55,661 nt of DNA from Anaerovoracaceae bacterium. GTDB lineage: Bacteria; Bacillota; Clostridia; Peptostreptococcales; Anaerovoracaceae. Position 1 is the first letter of the stretch. Each line of letters begins with the position of its first letter. The stretch is taken from assembly GCA_047637815.1 (NCBI GenBank), contig JBLJBD010000058.1, positions 1 to 55,661 of the forward strand. Reading direction: 5' to 3'. Shown here piece by piece: positions 37,401 to 45,623 of the stretch. The translations under genes and the position numbers were made by a program. The notes beneath the pieces were generated by a model, which was not told the origin of the DNA, made no database searches, and was given only the letters and a program-made list of their open reading frames with translations.

Positions 37401-37985
37401 TTCAATACCGGAATCAAGCCATTCAAAGGAGTCGGGTATGCTCATGACAGCTGTATAGGCTTTATCGATCATGGCCTTAACCCCAGCTTCTGTTTTCCCT
37501 CCCGCATAGCGATTGAGAAAATCCAGGAATTCTGAATCCTCTTCCTGGAATTTCCTTTCAAATAGTTCCTCCATGGATTCCGCTTTCAGCAGGATGCTTT
37601 CCGCCTCATCACAGATCCGAAATCCCGGTTCGATGGGCAGTATGTAAAAGTACCTCCGAATAACCTCCAGAGCGAAGGAATGGAAGGTACTGATATTTGC
37701 TTTATAGAGCTGATTAAGCTGTAGTCTCAGAAAGGCCGGGTCCTCTCCGCCCCCTTCTTCCAGTTCCCGGATGAGGCTGCGGGTAATCTTTTCCTTCATT
37801 TCTGCTGCTGCAGCATTGGTAAAAGTAACGACCAGCAGGGATTCCACAGGAACCCGATCGTTGATGATCAATTCTTTGATCCGTTCCACCAGAACCGCCG
37901 TTTTCCCGGATCCGGCAGCAGCTGCCACAAGCAGAGTCTTATTTCTTTCTGAGATGGCCTTCTGTTGTCTTTCCGTCCATTTCAT
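34455..37985 (-). CDS. addA: helicase-exonuclease AddAB subunit AddA (UvrD-like helicase plus C-terminal PD-(D/E)XK nuclease)
   Basis: 1176 aa with LVAAAAGSGKTAVLVERI, FIDEYQDSN, TIHKSKGLEF and the C-terminal nuclease motif GIIDCY...LLDYKT. Confidence 0.88.
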   Translation of the reverse strand: MKWTERQQKAISERNKTLLVAAAAGSGKTAVLVERIKELIINDRVPVESLLVVTFTNAAAAEMKEKITRSLIRELEEGGGEDPAFLRLQLNQLYKANISTFHSFALEVIRRYFYILPIEPGFRICDEAESILLKAESMEELFERKFQEEDSEFLDFLNRYAGGKTEAGVKAMIDKAYTAVMSIPDSFEWLDSGIEKLRIEPTGFQSSLLAEEIRRSMDRSMDLAVRSFSRVCDILEEAGIPELHLKAEEDRRMIRELKDRMKELDLQVALALTEEISYQRFAAKKENKEIFEEIKPRVDKIRNRGKEYVKAVRKITGGRTLEDHLKDIQETHPMTRVLRDLMIQFHEIFQEKKREKNLLDFSDIEHFALQILRNDQAAEEYRSRFRYIFIDEYQDSNLLQEALISRIQQGDNLFMVGDVKQSIYKFRLAEPEIFLEKYHRFRKGMDPGQEVIDLNQNFRSKGNVIRSVNQVFSRIMEGYDEEAALYQGVPYEGELDHPAELHILDEHLEEEEEELPEELEELKRAELEAHVAARLIREQIGKPIYDYRKDQERIIGKKDIVILMRATRNYADKFRQVLIQENLPAHVEDGDGYFDTIEIGQMMNLLRVIDNKRQDVPLISVLHSPIFRFTLSDLAEIRIRRKRGSFFEALEGFLEDGDPTPLREKGEKALRMIAGWQKLSRSMALDEFVWKLMKETGYYLYAGALPGGTQRQANLRLLVDRCVQFRQGSGKGLYNFIRYIDAIRDKKVRTGQISLVSENDDVIRIMTIHKSKGLEFPVVLVAGLGKKFRLSGESSHMDIHKDLGISLSLVDQNRKYFRKTLIQTMIRRKERMTDMEEEIRILYVAFTRAMDKLILLGTVADLEKTREKVDSLEAGDLTAASSYLEILLPALVDSSIKPVYHRIQEITPLSAKTNPHVDDIRRILQGRETVPEHDSQSKVGSLYRKIDSRLSYRYPYEEAVSQKTKVTVTELNQKALSLRGTRSGREPLKAPLFELGQRELTPTEKGTLIHDFMMRLDFRQAARHYEEGPTESLGRYLDQQLDWVEERQIITREERDLIPKEKILRFFQSPIGQRALRSPDLQKERPFTLLRSINGEDVLVQGIIDCYFREGDQLVLLDYKTNVVRNPENPLELASIGEQYREQLAVYREALEESTGRKVKESFLYLFGADRELQVE

Positions 37986-39601
37986 TTTCGATCCTCCCGA
38001 ATCAGCCGGAGTTTTATCAATAATCGTTCCAGTTTTTCTCCCTTGGGAAGCAGTCGGATTTCGTGGGGGCTGATGGCCCGGATCCGGATCAGCAGGATTC
38101 CATAAACCGTTGCTCCGGCTCCTACTGCCAGAAGGGTGGAGATGCTGTTGCCCAGGATCCCTGCCGTTACGTTATATAAAGCCACTACCAGAAGGAACAT
38201 CATTGCTCCGGCAGCTAAAGGTTTCCAAACGGATAACTTCTGATCGAAACGGATACCAGTCAATTTTCGTACCGCGAAAAGATTAAAAAGCCCGATAGCT
38301 GCGAACCCCAGGGAACTGCCGATAGCAGCACCTTCTATGTTCAGGGAGGGCATGCCGGTCAGGATGTAGGTTGAGATGGTTTTAACCACCAATCCGGCAA
38401 GGAGTCCGTAGACCGCTACTCCGGGATGGCCAAGTCCCTGCAGAATCCCGGCCATGGCTTGGGCAATGCAGAGGAAAATAACTCCTGTCGCCAGCAGGAA
38501 CAGGCTTCTGGATGCACTGACTGCACTGGCCTCCTGCAAGGGGTACAAAAGGGTCATGATGGGCTCAGAAAGGGCCATCAGACCGAAACTGCAGGGTACG
38601 CCGATGATCATGGCCGTCCGTAGTCCCAATTTGATATTGACTTCCAGGAAATCCCGGTCTCCGATGCTGTTGGCCGCCGCAATGGCGGGTACCATGCTCA
38701 GGGCCATGCTAAGGGCCAGGGCCATGGGAAGATTAATGACCGGGCCCGCCATACCGGTCAGCTGACCATAGAGGGCATTCGCCTCTTCCGGGCTGAATCC
38801 GGTAGCCTGCATACGGGTCATGACCACAAGGACATCCACGATATTCATGATGGGAAGGATGGAAACCCCAATGGTGATGGGAACGGCAATCCAAGCCAGG
38901 GTCTTGAGGATTTTTGCAGAGCTTTCCCGATGGGCTGGGATTCCCTTTTCTTCGATTCCGGTCAGAATCTCCCTGCGCCTGCGGTTGTAAATCACCGCCA
39001 GGATCAGTACTCCTAAAATAGGCCCGACACTGGTACCGAAGGTCGCTCCGGCTGCTGCTGCCTCCAGGCCTTCAGGAATCAGAAGGATGGCTAATGAGAG
39101 GCCGATGGCCACTCTGGCTGCCTGTTCCCCCAACTGGGAAACCGCTGTAGGACCCATCTGCTGCATCCCCTGGAAATATCCGCGATAAACCGACATCAAG
39201 GGGACAAAAAGCAGGGCTGGCGCGATGGCCATCATAGCATATTTTGCTCCCGGATTTCCCAAAAGCTCCACCATGGGCTCCGCCCCGAAAAAGAAGAGGG
39301 CTGCTGCCAGGATGCCCAGTACGCCCATTAGAATGAAAGACAGGCGAAATACCCGGTGGGCTTCTCCGTAAGCTCCTTTGGCTATCCTCTCCGACGTCAT
39401 TTTGGATATGGCTGCCGGTGCCCCATTGGTGGAAAACACCAGTAAAAAGACATAAATTGGATACGCGGTCTGATAATAGCCCATTCCCTCGTCCCCGATG
39501 ATATTACCCAGAGGAATCCGGAACACGGCACCCATTACCTGAACCATCAGCCCGGCAATGCCCAGGATGGCGGCTCCTCTCAAAAAAGTCTTTTTGCTCA
39601 T
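37982..39601 (-). CDS. MOP-superfamily flippase (MurJ/SpoVB/YtgP-like putative polysaccharide or lipid II flippase)
   Basis: 539 aa with about 14 TM segments. The N-terminus FLRGAAILGIAGLMVQVMGAVFRIPLGNIIGDEGMGYYQTAYPIY is typical of the SpoVB/YtgP group. The stop forms an ATGA overlap with the addA start. Confidence 0.8.
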   Translation of the reverse strand: MSKKTFLRGAAILGIAGLMVQVMGAVFRIPLGNIIGDEGMGYYQTAYPIYVFLLVFSTNGAPAAISKMTSERIAKGAYGEAHRVFRLSFILMGVLGILAAALFFFGAEPMVELLGNPGAKYAMMAIAPALLFVPLMSVYRGYFQGMQQMGPTAVSQLGEQAARVAIGLSLAILLIPEGLEAAAAGATFGTSVGPILGVLILAVIYNRRRREILTGIEEKGIPAHRESSAKILKTLAWIAVPITIGVSILPIMNIVDVLVVMTRMQATGFSPEEANALYGQLTGMAGPVINLPMALALSMALSMVPAIAAANSIGDRDFLEVNIKLGLRTAMIIGVPCSFGLMALSEPIMTLLYPLQEASAVSASRSLFLLATGVIFLCIAQAMAGILQGLGHPGVAVYGLLAGLVVKTISTYILTGMPSLNIEGAAIGSSLGFAAIGLFNLFAVRKLTGIRFDQKLSVWKPLAAGAMMFLLVVALYNVTAGILGNSISTLLAVGAGATVYGILLIRIRAISPHEIRLLPKGEKLERLLIKLRLIREDRK

Positions 39602-39774
39602 CTATTTCAATCTCCCTTTATGGTTTGCGATATTTTTCTGCCTTAAAGTTTATTATACCAAAAAAACCCTTCTGCCGTATAGGTTTTATCCGCTTTTTTT
39701 GATATAATTATCCAGGGTCATTCGGGGTATAAGTAAATGATATTTGAGATTTGAGATTAGAAATGAGGTACCAT

Positions 39775-41301
39775 ATGAAAAATTTTCCAAAACCCACCAT
39801 GCTGCTGATCATGGATGGCTACGGGGTGTCCGGCCAACAGGCCGGCAACGCCATCGCCGCAGCAAATAAACCCAACCTGGACCGTATTTTCGCCACCTAT
39901 CCCCATACCACCATTGGGGCCAGCGGTCTGCAGGTGGGACTACCCGAGGGACAGATGGGCAATTCCGAAGTGGGCCATCTGAATATCGGCGCCGGACGTA
40001 TCGTTTATCAGGAATTGACCAAAATAACCAAGTCCGTTAAGGATGGAGATTTCTTTGAAAATCCGGTTCTGAACGAGGCCATGGATCATGCTTTGTCCAA
40101 GGGTTCTTCCCTCCACCTGCTGGGTCTTCTGTCCGACGGAGGAGTCCACAGTCATATCGAGCATTTGCTGGCTCTGATCGGCATGGCCGCCCGGAAAGGA
40201 TTGGAAAAAGTCTTTGTTCACGGGTTTCTGGATGGCCGGGATGTGCCTCCCAGGTGCGCAGTCCAGTACGTGATTCAATGCGAAGAAACGATGAAACAAA
40301 TTGGCGTTGGCAGCATTGCCACCATATCCGGCCGCTATTACAGCATGGATCGGGATAACCGATGGGAGCGGGTGACTCTGGCCTATCAGGCCATGACCTC
40401 CGGAATCGGTGAATATGCCGATTCTGCCGTAGCCGCCGTAGAAAATGCCTATGGTCGGGGTGAAAACGACGAATTTGTAAGGCCCACCATCGTGAACAGC
40501 GACGGAATGATTCAGGACGGCGATGCTGTTATCATGTTTAACTTCCGTCCGGACCGGGCCAGGGAAATTACCCGCACCTTTGTAGACCCGGAGTTTTCGG
40601 GCTTCCAAAGGGAAAAGATGCCACAGGACCTTTATTATGCCTGTATGACCCAATACGATAAAACCATGCCCAACGTCCACGTTGCCTACCTGCCCCAAAA
40701 TTTAAAAAACACCTTTGGACAGTACATCGCTGAGTTGGGACTCAAGCAGCTTCGGATTGCCGAAACAGAAAAGTACGCCCATGTGACCTTTTTCTTCAAT
40801 GGAGGGGTCGAGGCTCCCAATCCCGGAGAAGACCGGATCCTGGTGGATTCTCCCAAGGTGGCTACCTATGATCTTCAGCCGGAAATGAGTGCCTATGGGG
40901 TGACAGACCGGGTTCTGGAGCAGATAGCAGGGGACCGATATGATGTAATCATTCTGAATTTCGCTAACCCGGATATGGTAGGCCATACCGGTATCATGGA
41001 AGCTGCGGTTGCGGCCATCGAAACCATCGATTCCTGTGTGGGAAAAATCACGGATGCCGTCCTGGCTAAAGGAGGGCAGATTCTTCTTACCGCTGATCAC
41101 GGCAATGCGGAGGCCATGCTGGATGAAACCGGAGCTGTTCAGACCGCCCATTCCACCAATCCGGTGCCTCTGGTATTCATTTCCAATGAACCAAAGGAAC
41201 TGGCCGAAGGGGGAATCCTTGCTGACCTGGCTCCTACCCTCCTGACAATGATGGATTTGCCCATCCCTTCGGAAATGACAGGGAAGAGCCTCCTGAAGTA
41301 A
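39775..41301 (+). CDS. gpmI: 2,3-bisphosphoglycerate-independent phosphoglycerate mutase
   Basis: LLIMDGYG, NSEVGHLNIGAGR, ADHGNAE and collinear iPGM sequence. The ATG at 39775 lies 5 nt after GAGGT; the track start at 39751 is TTG. Confidence 0.95.
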   Translation: MKNFPKPTMLLIMDGYGVSGQQAGNAIAAANKPNLDRIFATYPHTTIGASGLQVGLPEGQMGNSEVGHLNIGAGRIVYQELTKITKSVKDGDFFENPVLNEAMDHALSKGSSLHLLGLLSDGGVHSHIEHLLALIGMAARKGLEKVFVHGFLDGRDVPPRCAVQYVIQCEETMKQIGVGSIATISGRYYSMDRDNRWERVTLAYQAMTSGIGEYADSAVAAVENAYGRGENDEFVRPTIVNSDGMIQDGDAVIMFNFRPDRAREITRTFVDPEFSGFQREKMPQDLYYACMTQYDKTMPNVHVAYLPQNLKNTFGQYIAELGLKQLRIAETEKYAHVTFFFNGGVEAPNPGEDRILVDSPKVATYDLQPEMSAYGVTDRVLEQIAGDRYDVIILNFANPDMVGHTGIMEAAVAAIETIDSCVGKITDAVLAKGGQILLTADHGNAEAMLDETGAVQTAHSTNPVPLVFISNEPKELAEGGILADLAPTLLTMMDLPIPSEMTGKSLLK

Positions 41302-41327
41302 ATTTAATCTGTGAAAGAGGTAATAAC

Positions 41328-41360
41328 AAACCGCATCCCTCGGGGCTGCGGTTTTTGTTT
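41328..41360. terminator. bidirectional terminator between gpmI and the sigma-54 activator gene
   Basis: Stem AAACCGCATCCC / GGGGCTGCGGTTT with one mismatch, followed by TTTTTGTTT on plus and TTTGTTATT on minus. Confidence 0.65.
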
Positions 41361-42768
41361 ATTTCTTCTTGATTCCAATGTATTTTTTCACCTTCCGGTA
41401 TGCAGTAGGCTGGCTGATGCCCAGCTCCCGAGCCACTCCAGTAGTGGTTCCGTGCTTCTCATAAGCCCTTATGACCTGCTCTTTTTCCAGGTTTCGGACC
41501 GAATCAGACAAGGCTGGTTCAGAAGACTCCGGTTCTTCCCGAAAAAACTCAGGTTCCACCTCTCCCGTGGTTTTCAGAAGGTATTCCGGCAAGGCTCCTT
41601 CGGCAATCTCCATCCCGTTGCTGGTAATGATGATCCTTTCGATGATATTTTCCAATTCCCGGACATTACCCGGCCATCGATAATTGAGCAGGTGCTTGTA
41701 TACCTGGGGAGACAGCCTTTTATTTTCCTGGTATCGGTCGTTGAACTGTTCCATGAACCGGGCAATCAAATGAATGAGATCCTCCTGCCGGTTTCTTAAG
41801 GGAGGGATTTCCAGGTTTATGACATTGATTCGGTAAAAAAGATCCTCCCGGAAAGCTCCTCTTTCCACGGCCTGCCTCAAGTTCCTGTTGGATGCCGAAA
41901 TCAGTCTGAAATCAGAATGAATCAGTTTCGTACCTCCTACCCTCATAAAGCTCTTATCCTGCAGCACCTTCAGCAGTTTGACCTGTAGATTCAGAGGCAT
42001 TTCCGATATTTCATCGAGAAATAAAGTCCCCTTATCAGCAACTTCTATCAAACCAGCCTTGCCGGTTTTTCCGGCACCTGTAAAGGCACCGGCCTCATAA
42101 CCAAAAAGTTCTGATTCCATCAGATTTTCCGGGATTGCTCCGCAGTTGATTTCCACAAAAGCCTCCTGGCATCGGCTGCCGGTTTGATGGAGGTATTTGG
42201 CCAGCATGCTTTTCCCTACTCCCGACTCCCCGGCAATCAGCACGTTGGTATCATAGGAAGCAACTTTATCCGCCAGATTCATCAAGAACTTCATGGAAGG
42301 GGATTCGGCAACAATATCTCCTTTTCTGCGGACTTTAGTCCGCAGTTCCTGAAGCTCTGCAGAATATTGCTGGATTTTTCTCTCCATTTGGTGATATTGT
42401 TCCTGCATGGCCAGATAATCCGTAACATCTCTGGAAAAGCTGATAACCTTTAATATTTTCCCATCCCCGTCCAAAATAGGCACTGCGGACACCACGATGT
42501 CCCGACCCAGGCTGTTCTTCTGGCGCATAGTGGTCTTTTCCCCGGTATTGAGGACAATTGCCGTGATAGACGGTTTGAATATTCCCCGCTCTTCCATTTC
42601 AAAAACGGTTTTCCCAATGGTATCCTCCCGTTTGACTCCGTACATGGTCTCGAAGCTTTTGCTCATTTTCAGAATGATCCCATTGGCATCCGCAATCAGG
42701 ATATCGTCATGAATCGCTTCCAGGATCAGTTCCAGCTCATCCGGTTCGTCCGTCCACCCTTTTAACAT
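41359..42768 (-). CDS. sigma-54-dependent transcriptional activator: PAS sensor, AAA+ domain, C-terminal HTH (RocR-like architecture)
   Basis: PAS region ([22 protein letters not shown]...). The AAA+ domain has [23 protein letters not shown] (GAFTGA loop) and [11 protein letters not shown]-terminal HTH is [19 protein letters not shown]. The ATG at 42768 is preceded by GAGGGG. Confidence 0.9.
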   Translation of the reverse strand: MLKGWTDEPDELELILEAIHDDILIADANGIILKMSKSFETMYGVKREDTIGKTVFEMEERGIFKPSITAIVLNTGEKTTMRQKNSLGRDIVVSAVPILDGDGKILKVISFSRDVTDYLAMQEQYHQMERKIQQYSAELQELRTKVRRKGDIVAESPSMKFLMNLADKVASYDTNVLIAGESGVGKSMLAKYLHQTGSRCQEAFVEINCGAIPENLMESELFGYEAGAFTGAGKTGKAGLIEVADKGTLFLDEISEMPLNLQVKLLKVLQDKSFMRVGGTKLIHSDFRLISASNRNLRQAVERGAFREDLFYRINVINLEIPPLRNRQEDLIHLIARFMEQFNDRYQENKRLSPQVYKHLLNYRWPGNVRELENIIERIIITSNGMEIAEGALPEYLLKTTGEVEPEFFREEPESSEPALSDSVRNLEKEQVIRAYEKHGTTTGVARELGISQPTAYRKVKKYIGIKKK

Positions 42769-42805
42769 ATCTTTATCCCCTCTTCCCACTGATTATCTTC
42801 ATCTG

Positions 42806-42834
42806 ATTCTATAACAAATTCCTGATATTATCAA
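42806..42834 (-). promoter_or_regulatory. candidate sigma-A promoter for the activator gene (TTGATA-17 nt-TAGAAT)
   Basis: Minus strand reads TTGATA (42834..42829) and TAGAAT (42811..42806), downstream of the terminator at 42849-42880. Confidence 0.45.
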
Positions 42835-42848
42835 CTGAAAGACCGGTC

Positions 42849-42880
42849 AGAAAAGACCCGGTGCATTTTGCACCGGGCCC
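42849..42880 (-). terminator. intrinsic terminator after the ureohydrolase gene
   Basis: Stem CCCGGTGCA / TGCACCGGG (42877-42869 / 42865-42857), followed on the minus strand by TCTTTTCT. Confidence 0.7.
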
Positions 42881-42895
42881 TGATTGCTGATGGTT

Positions 42896-43849
42896 TTATC
42901 GTTTTCCGTTCTTCCGCTGAAGGGCAAGGGCGGAGATGAACTCATGCATGACATTGGCAGCCATATAGGAGGTTACCCCTGCCGGATCGATTCCGGGCAG
43001 AACTTCCACAAAATCGGCAGCCACGAAATTCAGGTCCTTCATTTCCCGGATCAGCTGCATGGTTTCATAACCGGTGAATCCACCCACTTCAATGGTTCCG
43101 GTACCCGGTGCATAGGCTGGATCAACAAAGTCAATATCAAAGGTAAAGAAGACCTTGGCGTCCTTTGCCCGCTCACGAATTCTCCTGCCTACTTCCTTCA
43201 TGCCGATTTCATGCATTTCATTGGCAGTGACCACTTCAAATCCAAGGTCAATGGATCCTTGAACATCCTCCGGTCCATACTGAGAACCCCGGATGCCGAT
43301 CTGAATGGAATGGGCCGTGTCGATCAGGCCTTCTTCACAAGCTCTTCGGAAGGGAGTCCCATGGGTATATTTCATCCCCCAGTAGTTATCCCAGGTATCC
43401 AAATGGGAATCAAAATGGACAAGGGCAACCGGACCATATTTTTTAGCCACAGCCCGAAGCTCTGCCAGGGTGATGGAGTGATCTCCCCCCATGGAAAGAG
43501 GTATTACGCCGGCATCCAGAATGGGTTTCAGCCCCTCTTCGATCTGCTTGTAGGTTTCGTGGATATACCCCGGTGTAATGGGAAGATCCCCATAGTCGAC
43601 GCCAGACAGGTGGTCGAAAATGTTCACGTCTAGATTCATGCTGTAATTCCGCTGAAGGGTGGAGGTTTCCCGGATCTGAGAGGGACCGAAGCGGGCTCCT
43701 GTCTTATAGGACGCGCCGGTATCAAAGGGAATACCCACTATGGCAAAATCCACATCCGTCATATCCTGCACATTGGGCAGTCTCATAAAGGTACGGATTC
43801 CGGTAAATCTTGGAGCGACAGAGGCGCTGGGAGGTGCATACTTTGGCAT
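42896..43849 (-). CDS. agmatinase / guanidino-acid hydrolase family ureohydrolase (substrate unknown)
   Basis: 317 aa with PRFTGIRTFMRLP, GGDHSIT, HFDSHLDT, FDIDFVDPAYAPGTGT and DFVEV. All binuclear-metal ligand motifs of the arginase fold are present. Confidence 0.85.
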   Translation of the reverse strand: MPKYAPPSASVAPRFTGIRTFMRLPNVQDMTDVDFAIVGIPFDTGASYKTGARFGPSQIRETSTLQRNYSMNLDVNIFDHLSGVDYGDLPITPGYIHETYKQIEEGLKPILDAGVIPLSMGGDHSITLAELRAVAKKYGPVALVHFDSHLDTWDNYWGMKYTHGTPFRRACEEGLIDTAHSIQIGIRGSQYGPEDVQGSIDLGFEVVTANEMHEIGMKEVGRRIRERAKDAKVFFTFDIDFVDPAYAPGTGTIEVGGFTGYETMQLIREMKDLNFVAADFVEVLPGIDPAGVTSYMAANVMHEFISALALQRKNGKR

Positions 43850-43909
43850 TGTTCTTTCCTTTCTTACTTGTTTAAGTGTAGCGTGCAGGGCGGGGACCCG
43901 GTAAAGTCC

Positions 43910-45430
43910 TTACCCTTTAATCAATTTATCAGCATCCTCTTTAAACCATCGGAATAAACCGATGTTCATCCCAATAATGATAAAGAGGTATGGCACGGAG
44001 AGAAAGATGCACAAGGTTTTTAATGCGCTGAATGGTGCATCGGCAAACATGATGCTTAAGGGTACAGCCGCCAGGACCAGACACCAGAACAAACGCAGAA
44101 AGGGACTGGTATTCCCCTGAGCATCCAGTTTTTTACTAGATACTGCCGACAGAGAGAAGGCTGCTGAATCCAGTGATGTAGCCAGGAATCCTATTGCCAG
44201 CAGACTGAATACGATAGGAACGATGATCCCTCCGGGAAGCAGATCCAGAAGTCCAAAGACACCAATCTGTCCGGTCTCAGCCTCTGTAAACTTGTAAAGT
44301 CCGGTCAGCTCTGCATTCAGGGCAAATCCACCGTTGATTCCGAACAAAATCCAGGTACCAAGGCTGATTCCGATCATGCAGGTCAGTACCAATTCACGAA
44401 TGGTTCTTCCTTTGGAAATCTTAGTGATGAACACACCCATCAGTGCTGCATAGTTCAGAGCCAGCGTAAAGAGGAAGATGGTGTTATATTCCGGGAAACC
44501 ACTGTTTCCGATGGGGTCTGTCCACAGACTCATTTTGATATAGTTGGTGAACATCAATCCCAGGCTGTTGGTGGTCTGCTTAATGATGAAACCACTGGGA
44601 CCAACAATAAAGATAAAGGCAATAAAGGCGATGGCCACATAAATAGTCATATCGCTGATTCTTCTCATTCCCTTCTCCAGCCCCACGAAAGAACTGAGGG
44701 AGAAGATGACGGCAATGGCAACCACGATGGTTACATTCAGGCCGAAGGAAGGCTCAATACCGAAAATTCGTCCCAGACCGGCTGAAATCAGAGGAACACC
44801 CAGCCCCAGGGATACGCCCAAACCACCAACGATGGCGAAAATGGTCAGCACATCAATAACCTTCCCAACAGCTTTGCGGTATTTAAAACCACCCATCATG
44901 GCTTCACATACTGCGCTGACTCGAAGAACCGGGACTTTTTTCACATAAAAGGCATACGCCATAGCAACAGAAGTCATGACAAAGATGACCTGAACGCTGA
45001 ATCCCCAGTGGAAGAAGGCATAGGTGGTTGATAATTCGGCTGCTTCCTGGGAAAAGGGCTCCAGACCGAAGGCAGGATCTACCAGATAATAGGACCACTC
45101 AACAAAGGAGTAAAATACAGCAGTTGATGCCAGGGCAGCGCAGATCATCATGGCGATATAGCTGAACAGGGAGTAATCCGGCTTTCCTTCTCCAAGTTTA
45201 ATTTTGCCATATCGACTAAAAGCAAAATAAGCGCAGATACCTAGTCCGATAAAAACGAACCAAAGGATGGGAACGCCCATCACCGCTGTGGTGAAATCAA
45301 ATAGGGTGTTGACTGCATTCAGCGTCCCTTCCGGCTTGATGGCCATAAAAGCGACGAAGATAAAAACCGCAGCTACGCTGACCAGGGTTACCGGCAAATC
45401 GATGCCAGTGTCTCGTTTCAGTTCTTTCAT
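43910..45430 (-). CDS. BCCT-family (betaine/carnitine/choline transporter fold) secondary transporter, atypical
   Basis: 506 aa, 12 TM-like. It has the BCCT-typical FFHWG and ITKISKGRTIRE motifs, but the Trp box upstream of GRTIRE reads YNTIFLFTLALNYA. Confidence 0.8.
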   Translation of the reverse strand: MKELKRDTGIDLPVTLVSVAAVFIFVAFMAIKPEGTLNAVNTLFDFTTAVMGVPILWFVFIGLGICAYFAFSRYGKIKLGEGKPDYSLFSYIAMMICAALASTAVFYSFVEWSYYLVDPAFGLEPFSQEAAELSTTYAFFHWGFSVQVIFVMTSVAMAYAFYVKKVPVLRVSAVCEAMMGGFKYRKAVGKVIDVLTIFAIVGGLGVSLGLGVPLISAGLGRIFGIEPSFGLNVTIVVAIAVIFSLSSFVGLEKGMRRISDMTIYVAIAFIAFIFIVGPSGFIIKQTTNSLGLMFTNYIKMSLWTDPIGNSGFPEYNTIFLFTLALNYAALMGVFITKISKGRTIRELVLTCMIGISLGTWILFGINGGFALNAELTGLYKFTEAETGQIGVFGLLDLLPGGIIVPIVFSLLAIGFLATSLDSAAFSLSAVSSKKLDAQGNTSPFLRLFWCLVLAAVPLSIMFADAPFSALKTLCIFLSVPYLFIIIGMNIGLFRWFKEDADKLIKG

Positions 45431-45480
45431 CTCAAATCCTCCTGATTAATATAAAAAGAATTAGTTCCATATATTAATAC

Positions 45481-45496
45481 TGCAATTTGTATGCCA
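45481..45496 (-). promoter_or_regulatory. sigma-54 (-24/-12) promoter upstream of the BCCT-ureohydrolase operon
   Basis: Minus strand reads TGGCAT-ACAAA-TTGCA, matching TGGCAC-N5-TTGCW at all key positions (GG and GC 10 nt apart). It lies about 50 nt upstream of the ATG at 45430, which has AGGAGGA as its SD. Confidence 0.8.
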
Positions 45497-45541
45497 CTTT
45501 TATTCTTCTGAATTTTTCAACGAATTCTGATAGGCATCATA

Positions 45542-45573
45542 AAAACCATTATTCATTTATGAATAATGGTTTT
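45542..45573. repeat. perfect 15-bp inverted repeat (AAAACCATTATTCAT-TT-ATGAATAATGGTTTT)
   Basis: Read directly. It lies 46-77 nt upstream of the -24 element and 50 nt downstream of the preceding gene's stop. It could be a terminator hairpin and/or an activator binding site (UAS). Confidence 0.7.
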
Positions 45574-45578
45574 CTTTC

Positions 45579-45604
45579 TATTCAATTTTATTCAATTTTA
45601 TTCA
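45579..45604. repeat. tandem decamer repeat (TATTCAATTT x2.6)
   Basis: TA-TTCAATTTTA-TTCAATTTTA-TTCA, read directly. The period is 10 bp. Confidence 0.7.
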
Positions 45605-45623
45605 CGTAAAATCCTGCAATAAA

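Noticed and set aside
39742-39758. A tandem ATTTGAG-ATTTGAG-ATT repeat just upstream of the gpmI start.
   Set aside because: There are only 2.4 copies of a 7-mer in an AT-rich leader. It overlaps the alternative TTG start of the ORF track, and I see no supporting structure or function.
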